DNA from: a virus
Lineage: Duplodnaviria; Caudoviricetes
Length of the DNA stretch: 54,685 bases
Strand: one strand, 5' to 3'
Virus record (IMG/VR): IMGVR_UViG_3300048599_000773
Span: 1-54,685 of that record
Part shown: in pieces, positions 9,377-18,900 of the stretch
Numbering within the stretch: position 1 is the first letter of the stretch
Layout of the letters: every line of letters begins with the position of its first letter
Notes under the pieces: generated by a model
Told to the model about the DNA's origin: nothing
What the model saw: only the letters and a program-made list of their open reading frames with translations
Database searches by the model: none
Program-made: the position numbers and the translations under genes

Positions 9377-10507
9377 ATGCCTAATACTTTCATTACTCCT
9401 TCCATTGTGGCCCGTGAGGCTTTGATGGTCTTGCGGAATAACTGCGTGATGGCGAACCTGGTTCACCGGGATTACAAACGGGAATTCGTCGAAGGCCGGG
9501 GAACCATCGTCACCATCCGGAAACCGGCTACTTTTACCGCCAACGAATTTGACCGGACAGCCGGGATTACGATTCAAGATGTCTCCGAAAGCAGTACCAA
9601 TGTAACTATGGACACGATTCTGGATGTATCCTTTGAAATCACCACCGAGCAACTGACCCTCTCCATCGACGACTTTTCCAAACAACTGATTATACCGGCA
9701 ATGCAGGCCTTCGCTCAGAAAATTGACACTTTAATTTTAAATTTGTATAAGGATATCCCCTATTACTCCGGCGCGGCCAACGCCGAACTGGATGGCGTCA
9801 GCGAGATTACCGACGCCCGGAAACGGCTGAATGATCAAGCCGTACCTCTCACCACCCGGCGGTTTACCATCGGGACCATGGCGGAAAGTAAATTATTGCA
9901 ATTGGAACTCTTCATTGCCGCCGATAAGGTGGGCGATAACGGCACGGCCTTACGGGAAGCGTCGCTGGGCCGGAAGTTGGGCTTTGATTTCTTCATGGAC
10001 CAGAATACCCCGAAACATACCAAAGGCACGGCGGCAGGGACCGCCGCATTGACGGCGACCGCCGGGGCCACTACCGGCACGATTGCCACCGGTGGCGCGG
10101 GCGGCACTTTTAAGAAAGGTGATCTCTTCACCGTAGCCACCATCACCGATAAAACCTTCGTGATTACCGCCGATGCCACCCTGGACGGTTCCGGCAACGG
10201 CACGATTAACTTTTATCCGGCGGCTCTGGCGGGTGGAATCTCGGCGAAAGTTGTAACCCTGGTTGATAGCCATGTCAATAACCTGGCCTTTCATAAAAAC
10301 GCCTTTGCTTTCGTGAACCGGCCTTTGGCGTTACCCCAAGGGGTTGGCCCCGGCCAGAAAGCGATTGTGGATTTTGAAGGGTTCGGCCTCCGGGTGGTCT
10401 TCGGGTATGACATCACTAAGAAGAAAGATATTTGTTCCATTGATACGATCTGCGGGTTTAAAACCCTGACCCCGGAATTGGCCTGTAGGGCGATATCGCA
10501 GAATTGA
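9377..10507 (+). CDS. Major capsid protein (P22 coat-like family) with Ala/Gly/Thr-rich insertion domain
   Basis: MPNTFITPSIVAREAL start, GTIVTIRKP, NLAFHKNAFAFVNRPL, GFKTLTPELA end. Confidence 0.9.
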   Translation: MPNTFITPSIVAREALMVLRNNCVMANLVHRDYKREFVEGRGTIVTIRKPATFTANEFDRTAGITIQDVSESSTNVTMDTILDVSFEITTEQLTLSIDDFSKQLIIPAMQAFAQKIDTLILNLYKDIPYYSGAANAELDGVSEITDARKRLNDQAVPLTTRRFTIGTMAESKLLQLELFIAADKVGDNGTALREASLGRKLGFDFFMDQNTPKHTKGTAAGTAALTATAGATTGTIATGGAGGTFKKGDLFTVATITDKTFVITADATLDGSGNGTINFYPAALAGGISAKVVTLVDSHVNNLAFHKNAFAFVNRPLALPQGVGPGQKAIVDFEGFGLRVVFGYDITKKKDICSIDTICGFKTLTPELACRAISQN

Positions 10508-10899
10508 TGGTGGTGAGTGATTATGGATATTCCATTTGTAACATCGAACGAGGTTCAAGCCTGGGTGGGAATCTATTCACCCTACCAACCGATATTGACC
10601 GTTTAATCCTACGGGCCAGTGAATTAATCCGGCGTAAGACCTATCATCGAACGGATGACACGGAACGGGTGGAGGATGTGAAAAATGCCACTTGCGCCCA
10701 GGTCGAATACTGGCTCCAGATTGATGAGGCCAGCGATATCACCGGGCCGCTGGGACCAATGAAGATTAAGGATTTCAGCTTCAACTCAAAGTTTACGGTC
10801 CTAGCGCCCCGGGCCAAAGATCTGCTGTTGGATGCCGGAATGCTCTATAAAGGAGTTAATTCCGGCAAAAGTTCTTTTCAAGGGATGGATGTGAAATGA
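10504..10899 (+). CDS. Head-tail adaptor (gp15-like), possibly frameshifted at the 5' end
   Basis: RLILRASELI, VKNATCAQVEY, LAPRAKDLLLDAGML motifs; an alternative ATG at 10523 is in another frame. Confidence 0.7.
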   Translation: MMVVSDYGYSICNIERGSSLGGNLFTLPTDIDRLILRASELIRRKTYHRTDDTERVEDVKNATCAQVEYWLQIDEASDITGPLGPMKIKDFSFNSKFTVLAPRAKDLLLDAGMLYKGVNSGKSSFQGMDVK

Positions 10900-11297
10900 A
10901 GATACCGGCCTACGCTTTACGGATTCGGGCGAAATTCTATACTGAAAATACCCAACTTGGCGTATTTAAACTCGGTTTACCCGGCCTGGAAACACTCATC
11001 CCCTCCCCAACCCGGTTTCGGATTGAACCCAAGGAGATTGGGAGCGAGGAACGGGCGGCGGACGGTACTTTAAACGTAGATAGTATCGCTATCAAAGATC
11101 ATTATCGTCTTTATTACGAGATGCTGACCGACGCCCAGGCCCAGACCATCCGGAATGAATTGAACCGAAAAACCGATTTATCCTTCAAATACCTTGATAA
11201 AACCCGGACTGTCATCGGGCTTTCTTTCCCTTGCGAGTTAACCTCGGCCTCCCCGGTGCTATGGGAGAAAATCATTTTGGTATTACGGGAGAAATGA
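10896..11297 (+). CDS. Virion protein, distal-tail-like (putative)
   Basis: ERAADGTL..D.IA.K motif typical of small siphophage distal tail genes; ATGA coupling. Confidence 0.5.
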   Translation: MKIPAYALRIRAKFYTENTQLGVFKLGLPGLETLIPSPTRFRIEPKEIGSEERAADGTLNVDSIAIKDHYRLYYEMLTDAQAQTIRNELNRKTDLSFKYLDKTRTVIGLSFPCELTSASPVLWEKIILVLREK

Positions 11298-11298
11298 C

Positions 11299-11880
11299 AT
11301 GATCAACGTATCCGAGGAATTTAAACAAAACATTTTTAAAACCGGGCGGAAGATTCATGGCAGGGTGACAATTTTTTTTACAAATTCCCTGCGCCGGACC
11401 TTTACCGAAAAAGACCTTTTTTCCTTGCGGCTATTGGAACGGAAAGAATTTTTCGACGGTCATCTATCTGCGGGGAATATTGGCACGAATCAACTGGAAA
11501 TTATTTTAAATAACTCCAGCCGGATGTTTGATCAAGACAACCCGGACAGCGAATTGTATGGGTTTTTACAGCCGGGGAAACGTGTCGAACCTTACCTTGG
11601 GTTGGAACTGGAAAATGGGGGGATCGAGTGGGTCACATTAGGGGTTTTTTGGTCGGGAGAATGGGAATCCGCTGAACATAGCATCCAGTGTAAAACCTTA
11701 TGTGTCGATAGATTGGAACTCCTCGACCGGACCACCTATGAGACCGGAAAAGTAATCCCCACCCCCGCAGTCATACTACGTACCGATGACAATTTTGAGG
11801 AGTGGTTGCAAGGTTCGCTCTGGAACGTGAAAGCCACCCCGGATGGAAAATTAACCCTGGACTTGGGAGGTGAAATTTAG
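11299..11880 (+). CDS. Tail-tip/hub-like protein (resembles the N-terminal part)
   Basis: MINVSEEFKQ start; YLGLELENGGIEWVTLGVF; DRLELLD motif. Confidence 0.55.
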   Translation: MINVSEEFKQNIFKTGRKIHGRVTIFFTNSLRRTFTEKDLFSLRLLERKEFFDGHLSAGNIGTNQLEIILNNSSRMFDQDNPDSELYGFLQPGKRVEPYLGLELENGGIEWVTLGVFWSGEWESAEHSIQCKTLCVDRLELLDRTTYETGKVIPTPAVILRTDDNFEEWLQGSLWNVKATPDGKLTLDLGGEI

Positions 11881-13457
11881 TGGATGCGAAAATCTCGAAA
11901 AACCTTGACGGCGTAACGGTTAGCGACGAACTTAACAATCAATCCGGCTCCGGGATTCGGACTTTGAAACACGATACTTTCTTCGGCGGAACGGAATTCA
12001 CCGTCCGGACAGCTCCCGGCGGAGGCGGGACCCTGTTGACTCAAAACACCCATTACGTTTTGGAGAACCAAAACGCCCGGCTCACCTCCGAGGCCGGGAA
12101 GCCGGTCTATATCTCCTGGCGGGTTACGGATAGCACCTATCAAAATATCAATCTTTATGTGAGTTACAAGACCATCGGAGACTTCACGGAAGCGGCGGAT
12201 ATCAATGAGTTGATAAATTTGATAAATACTCATACCCATGATTACTCCGGGGTTTATGCCGCCTTGAACCATAATCATGATACCCGGTATTTCACCGAGA
12301 CGGAACTTGGCGCGACCGAGGATGGAAACGCCGGAGCGGATCGAATTGGAGCCACGCCGGTGAGCGGGATTGATGGCGATACGGTTCAAGAACAAATGGA
12401 ATCCATGGTGGAACTGGTGAACGGTAAATCAGGTCTATTAAATAATATGCTGGGTGTCTGGCCGTTTCTGCAATCAAAGCTGAAGAACATCACCATTGAC
12501 GGCGGGGTCGCCAGTACCACTCCGAACCTGGGGATTTGCTATTATAACAATTATGTTTATACCATTGGAAGCTACCGGGACATTCTGAAATTCAATGCCC
12601 GGACTTTTACGCTGGAAGATACGATTACGCCCGATACCCCCATCAGCGGCAGTTTTTTGGATATTGTCTGTGACGGCTTGAATTTTTACGTGCTGCATGT
12701 AAGCGGTTCGCTGATCTACGTTTACAAATACGATTTGAACTTTAACCATATCGCTCATACCGGCAATATGCCGACGGATTCCGGGGGGATGATTGAAATG
12801 CTGGATGAGGCCACTATTGGCCTGACCCTGGATTATATTTTTGTGGCGGGCCGTAATCCCAGTCAGCAGAGTTTTTGCCGGATTCCGAAAGCGACGATGA
12901 CCGCCCCTACATACAGCACGGCTTTTGGGGCTGACGAATACGGAGTCGGGGGGATGGCCTTTGACGGAAAATATATCTATTTCGGTCATATCAACAGTCC
13001 GGCCAAGTTTACCAAGTGGAACATGAACGGGACCAAGCAGGGTTCCACGCTAACCCTGGCCTCCGGGGATAACCGTTGCGAGGATTTGCTTTTTGTAGCC
13101 TTGCCCGGACAAGCGCCGGTATTGATGGCGGCGCTGTATAGCTCTCCCTCGAAGATTTGCGCGATAAATCCGGCTACGCTGACCCAGACGGGAACCACTT
13201 ACACCTTCGCCGCCGGGGAAAACAATTGCCGGGCTTTGACTTTTGACGGTTTATATGTCTGGGTGGCCTGTGACACCAGCCCGGTGAAGTTGTTGAAGTT
13301 CAATGCCACTCCGGCGAAGATCCTTAACACTCTTACCCTGGCTGCCGGAGTAGGTGGAATTTGCGGGATGGCTTTTGATGGGACCTATGTCTGGGGAAGG
13401 ACGCTTACTAACCCGTTGAAGGTTTTCGTCAAAGATACGCTTTCGGCTTTTACTTGA
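11880..13457 (+). CDS. Tail fibre/receptor-binding protein with C-terminal beta-propeller-like repeats
   Basis: HTHDY and HNHDTRY motifs; repeated (A/T)FDG.Y(I/V)(Y/W) blades and TLTLA.G repeats. Confidence 0.7.
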   Translation: MDAKISKNLDGVTVSDELNNQSGSGIRTLKHDTFFGGTEFTVRTAPGGGGTLLTQNTHYVLENQNARLTSEAGKPVYISWRVTDSTYQNINLYVSYKTIGDFTEAADINELINLINTHTHDYSGVYAALNHNHDTRYFTETELGATEDGNAGADRIGATPVSGIDGDTVQEQMESMVELVNGKSGLLNNMLGVWPFLQSKLKNITIDGGVASTTPNLGICYYNNYVYTIGSYRDILKFNARTFTLEDTITPDTPISGSFLDIVCDGLNFYVLHVSGSLIYVYKYDLNFNHIAHTGNMPTDSGGMIEMLDEATIGLTLDYIFVAGRNPSQQSFCRIPKATMTAPTYSTAFGADEYGVGGMAFDGKYIYFGHINSPAKFTKWNMNGTKQGSTLTLASGDNRCEDLLFVALPGQAPVLMAALYSSPSKICAINPATLTQTGTTYTFAAGENNCRALTFDGLYVWVACDTSPVKLLKFNATPAKILNTLTLAAGVGGICGMAFDGTYVWGRTLTNPLKVFVKDTLSAFT

Positions 13458-13459
13458 TT

Positions 13460-14500
13460 TGGAGCCCCTTGAGGGGTGGCGGGTGACATGACAATCAGAA
13501 ATGACATCGGGCGGGGGGTGGTGATCGGAGGCGACTCAGGCGCGGCGGTGGGAGCAGACCTGATATATTCGGCCCGCAGAAGTCTGTGTGGCGCCGCGCC
13601 GGACATACTTGACCGCAGACAGATAGGCATCGGAGGCGACTGGCTTGAATTGGCAAAGAAATGTTTTAGGCCCGCGAAGGCGACTTAGCGGCCAGTGCCC
13701 CTTGGAGCCAGCAACTTCTTCGAATCCTCTTTCGGGCGTCGTATAAACCTATTATGTAAAAACCGCAGACTTCTTCGAATGGGCAATACGGGTTTACATA
13801 ATGCGCGTTTATACGATGACCAGGCTGGTGGAGAGGGGCGCGGCCGTGGACAGAACGACCCAGACGATAGAGAGCGGAGGATCAGCCCGGAGGTTTTCGC
13901 CAGTCGAGGAAGCCGGGCTTACCTTTTTGCTTACTTTCGGCTTGCTCGACTGGTCGGCGGTTATTTAGGCCGGCGCGTTCTTCCGGCAGGTTGTCCAAGC
14001 AGCCCGATATTTTGGCCCAGTTTACGGAGATAAATGCTTGGTCTGCCTGATCGGGGTCGGAGGATTGGCCCGGAAGGATTGATGGTGGAGCCAGGATTTA
14101 GCCTGGTCTGGCGAAAGGTGATTTGCAGCAGGCTTTAGCCGACGGAGAATGAACTGGGTGGGACTCTAAAGGGGACGGAGTTGACCCGGTTTCGACTGGA
14201 CCCGGAATGGTTTTTGGTTTTGGGATTTTGAATGGGCGGGCTTGACGGGCGAGAGGATTTTTGGCTTTTTCGTTTACGGCTGAAAGAATTTGAGCCGGAA
14301 ATCGGCCCGGAATTAAGCTTTCATTTGGCCTTTCGGCTGGAGTCCGCGCTGCCCTATTTTCAGCCTGGATAAAGTGCGGTCTCCGGATCGGCCCGGATTT
14401 ATTCCTTCAGATTGAAATCGGTGAATTAGCGGACATTTTGGCTGCTTCCTTGTGGGATTTTAGACCGGGGTTTGATGGTGAGCTATCCATAGGCGACAGA
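13460..14500 (+). ncRNA. Candidate large (~1 kb) structured non-coding RNA
   Basis: No convincing ORF; many nested complementary arms with G-U wobbles in the + sense, UUCG/GAAA-type loops and short internal direct repeats (see findings). Confidence 0.55.
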
Positions 14501-14520
14501 AATTGATTTTAAAGGGGGTG

Positions 14521-14691
14521 ATGGCAGTGAGTGAGTTGGAAGTGGTGGTGGGAGTGTTAAAAGAAAGGGTGGATAACATGGAAAAAACGCAGGATGGACT
14601 CATTAAGAAGCTGGATGTGTTTCAGAATACGTTGATGGTCACTTTGGGCGGGGTTATTGTGAACCTGATTGTGTTGTTGTTGAAAAAATGA
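14521..14691 (+). CDS. Small XhlA/holin-like membrane protein
   Basis: Coiled coil followed by a single C-terminal TM helix; first gene of the lysis module. Confidence 0.65.
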   Translation: MAVSELEVVVGVLKERVDNMEKTQDGLIKKLDVFQNTLMVTLGGVIVNLIVLLLKK

Positions 14692-14704
14692 ACGGGAGGT
14701 TAAC

Positions 14705-15286
14705 ATGAGTACTTATACATTGATACGGCGGGACGGGACGAAATGCGAAGTCCCGTTTTTGTTTGAGAAGGGCAAATATTATATCTCGGAACATCTGCCG
14801 CAGTTTGAGAACCGGGCGCATACACTTGGATTCGCGCAACATGATACCGGGGAGGTGGTGATTTTTCAGCCATTAGTCACGTTATTTGAAACAGTACGGG
14901 CCGGGATTTCCCTGATTCGGGGCGTGGATACCCCGATCATGGTCAATTCCGGCTACCGTTCGCCGGAGTATCAACGGGCGCTTTATGAAGCGGATTTGCG
15001 AGCCAATGGCGGAAAACCCAGCGGCAAGGTCGCCAAGCCGGGGCATTCGCCCCATGAGACGGGGGCGGCGATGGATTTGGGGTTACCCAAGGGATTTGGG
15101 GCGAAGGAATTCGCCGCCTTTATCCGGAGAGTGAGCCTGGAGCTACAGTTTCCAGAGGCGCGGACGGGGTATGTCATCTATGATTACAAATTCGTCCATG
15201 TGGACTTGGTTCCGATGCTTTACCGGCCCTATACCGGGACTCCGAACCCGAATCCCGGAGCTTGGAAACCGGGGGTGATCTGGTGA
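14705..15286 (+). CDS. Endolysin, peptidase M15 family
   Basis: NSGYRS...Q, SPHETGAAMD and HVD zinc-peptidase motifs. Confidence 0.85.
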   Translation: MSTYTLIRRDGTKCEVPFLFEKGKYYISEHLPQFENRAHTLGFAQHDTGEVVIFQPLVTLFETVRAGISLIRGVDTPIMVNSGYRSPEYQRALYEADLRANGGKPSGKVAKPGHSPHETGAAMDLGLPKGFGAKEFAAFIRRVSLELQFPEARTGYVIYDYKFVHVDLVPMLYRPYTGTPNPNPGAWKPGVIW

Positions 15287-15732
15287 TGGGATGGGACCCT
15301 GCAAGCATTGCCGGTGAAATCGCGAAGAACACAGTGGGAAAATTAGTAGACGGGTTGGCCGGCCGGTTTCTGCAATCGGAGGCCGACCGGCAGAAATTCG
15401 AACTGGAGAAGGCCAAGCTATTTAATGACTTCGAACTGGAAACGATGAAGGTTTTGCAGCAACAGGAGGCGGCCTTCCGGGACTCGGTGAACACTTACGA
15501 GAATCCCGCAGGATTATCAAAATGGATACTGAATTTCCGGGCCAGTGTCAGGCCGGTGGTTACATATGAAGCGGCGATTTTACTGAATTATATTATCATT
15601 TTCGGCGGAAAGATTGATTGGGAAAACATTAATAAGATTCCGGCGCAGGTTTGGGCGATTTTTCTGGTGATTTTCGGCTTTTGGTTTGGTGGTAGAGCCT
15701 GGGCGGATGTGAGGAATGGGAAGAACGGGTAA
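15286..15732 (+). CDS. Holin (3TM, GTA-holin-like family)
   Basis: VRPVVTY and FGFWFGGR motifs; TGATG overlap with the endolysin gene. Confidence 0.75.
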   Translation: MGWDPASIAGEIAKNTVGKLVDGLAGRFLQSEADRQKFELEKAKLFNDFELETMKVLQQQEAAFRDSVNTYENPAGLSKWILNFRASVRPVVTYEAAILLNYIIIFGGKIDWENINKIPAQVWAIFLVIFGFWFGGRAWADVRNGKNG

Positions 15733-15998
15733 AATTTAATGGACTACTCTCTCTTAAAAGTTATTATTCCCTTGGCAGAGGACCAAAAGCAGGAACAGCT
15801 TATTGCATGAGGATTTTTAGTCCTCTGTCTATTATAAGACTATTAAAACAAGATAAGAATTGACTTGGAAGCTCTGCCTTAAATCTACGAATTTAATCTT
15901 ATAAGTTTTTTACTTTTGGCAGGAAGCAATTACCCAGTAATAGAATGTATATTAGTTAATTTGGCTTATCGATATCTTTTCCAAAAAGAGGGATTCAC

Positions 15999-18900
15999 TT
16001 GATCCACAAACGAGTAATTGACTTTGTTGCGAGTTTCAAGGAAAATACTAGGAATGCCCAAAATGAAGAGGAGTTGCGTATTGGTTTCCACTATGCAGCG
16101 TCCCATATTTTAGGATATAAGGATTTAAAATATGAACGCAACCGCCAAGATCTACGAAGGAATCGAGTCATTATCGAATTTAAGGATAAAGGACTCTTTA
16201 ATGGTTCCGAAAAAAGCGCTAAATTTCTTGAAGCAAGCAATAAACTTATCGATGGCTATATACCTTCCCAAGCTAATAGGGATCAGCGGCCAGTATCAGA
16301 TTACATTGGAATTTGCTTTGATGGAATCCATTTTTCATTCGTATTTATCGAACAAAACGGGGTAGTACATAAAACTAACTTGCAGCTTTTCAGTGAAAAT
16401 AGCGCCGGAGCACTTGTTTTAGCTTTAGATAAAGATGGACGCAAAGAATTGACTGCCGAAAATGTTTGTGATAGCTTTGGGCCGGCATCTTATATCGCTA
16501 AAATAATGATTAATGGACTTTGGAACCATTTTGAAAGCAGCCTCAAAACAAAGGCAAGCCGGGTTGAAATGTTGTTTGCTGAATGGAAAGATATATTTGA
16601 ACAGAGTACCAATCTTGGCGGGATAGGACAAGAACGTTTAGGGACATATTTAATATCTATTGGTGTTCCCCATAATGCTGATCTTACAAAAGTATTATTT
16701 ATTTTGAATACTTATCATGCTTTGTTCTTTAAATTGCTTGCTGCAGAAATTGTGCTTGTAAATTCTGTAATTCCTAATTTGCGTCCGGATTATTGTTTTG
16801 GCGCCGCCTCATTAGATAATCAAGCCTTGGCATATTCTCTGGAGCATGATATTGAAGAATCAGATATATTTCGGCAAAGCAAAATCCAGAATTTTGTTGA
16901 AGGAACTTTCTTCTCCTGGTATTTATGCAATATTCCTGAATCGCTGATTGATGCTATACGGGAAATTTTGCAGCATATAAATTTATATCGTTTAAATAGC
17001 CTGAATATCGATAAAACACGGGATGTAGTCAAATATATTTACCAGGAGCTTATACCTAGCCCTTTGCGGCATGGACTCGGAGAATACTTTACACCGGAAT
17101 GGCTAGTTGAATTTGCGTTAAATAATGCCGGATATAATGGGACTGGAATATTGGATAAGAAATATTTGGATCCTTGTTGTGGATCTGGAAATTTTTTGAT
17201 TCATGCTATTAATCGTTTTAAAATGGTGGCCCGAACTAAAGGATGGAGTAATGAAAAAATACTGAATGGCATTTTGGAAAGCATTTATGGCTTTGACTTA
17301 AATCCATTGGCAGTTTTGACTGCAAGAGTTAATTATTTAATTGCAATCTCAGACTTAATAGCAAACCACTCCGAAGTGGAAATTCCGGTTTATCAAGCAG
17401 ATGCTGTGTATTCTCCAAGTATAAGCATTACGAATAAGCATGAATTGGCCGTGAGAAGTTATCAAATTGGGACGAACTTTCCTGAAATGCCCAATATAGA
17501 TCTTGAACTTCCCGAAGATTTAATTCAAAAAAATCGCTTACTAGCACAAGTATTAGAAATTATGGAGCAATCGATTAGGCTTGGAGACACTGAAGAAGTG
17601 TATTTGGCTATTCTAAAAAAAGAACATTCAATTGCGAAAGAGCCTTCGTTTATTTTATGGGAACCGTTTATTCGAGAGATGTTTAGAAAAATACAAGAAC
17701 TTGAGCAAAATGATTGGAATCGAATTTGGTGCCGAATCTTTAGGAATTTTTTTGCGTCTGTTGCGATAGGCCAATGTGATATTATTGCGGGGAATCCTCC
17801 ATGGGTTCGGTGGTCGGAATTGCCAAAAAAATATGCTGAGAGGATCAAACCGACATGTGAGTCTTATGATATTTTCTCCGAAGATGTTTATTTTGGAGGA
17901 AATGAGTTGGACATTTCTGGCATGATTACTTATACAGTTGCTGATAAATGGCTTAAAAATGGAGGGTACTTATGTTTTGTTATCACTCAAAGCCATTTTC
18001 AATCACAATCTTCTGGGGGATTTCGCCGGTTTGAAATAAATGGATTGCCATTAAAGGTTTTAAGAGTAGATGATTTTACAGGTGCAAAACCTTTTCGCCA
18101 GCTTGTCAATAAACCTACAGTACTATCTATACAAAAAGGTTTTGCAACTAATTATCCTGTCAAATATTATATGTGGAAGTTAAGTAGCAAAAAATCAATA
18201 GATGAAGATCTGGATTGGGATAAGGCTAACCTGCAATTAAAAAGCGAGGAACAGGAAGCTAACCCAATGGGGCCTGGACTTAGATGGAGTATTATGCCTC
18301 CCGGAGAATTTTCTTTTGTTGAAAAACTTGTAGGAAAAGATACTGAAACAGTTGGCAGAAAAGGAATTGTAACAGATTTGAATGGGGCTTATTTTCTTGA
18401 AATATTAGGCCCGGGGAAAGAATCAAATCATTTAATATGCAGGAATTGCCCTGAAACCGGGCGGCAAAAATTATTGCCACGGCGTATTGTTGAGGTAAAT
18501 AGTGAATTTATTTATCCTCTGATAAAAGGCGCTGAAAATATAAGGCCTTTTTATGCTACGACTAGCCCAGTATATGTTCTTATTCCAAATAAGAAGATCA
18601 AAAGTAAAGAGATACCTACAGTAAGTGAATTAGCAAAAATCAATCCAAGCCTTTTAAGATACTTTCAAGAGATTAATTCAATTAAGAGTAATGGTGTTGG
18701 CCTGCTTGATCTGCGATCTACTTGGAAATCTAGGCAAAGGCCACAATTTGAAGATTTGGTAAAGAAAGGTGAAATGGACAGCCGGGATATACCTTTTTAT
18801 GCAATATATGATGTGGGAGACTATACATTCTCGCCATTCAAGGTAGTATGGGCGGAGATTTCAAAAACGCTACAGGCAGCAGTTGTCTCAAATGCAGAAG

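Noticed and set aside
13476-14033. ORFs 13476..13688, 13695..14033 and 13385..13630 as real genes
   Set aside because: Arg/Gly/Pro-rich translations with no recognisable motifs, overlapping strong complementary arms; probably spurious, though not excluded.
13458-14500. Invertible tail-fibre cassette (shufflon) or group II intron RNA
   Set aside because: No reverse-strand fibre-like ORF, no adjacent invertase, and no recognisable domain V or GUGCG boundary.
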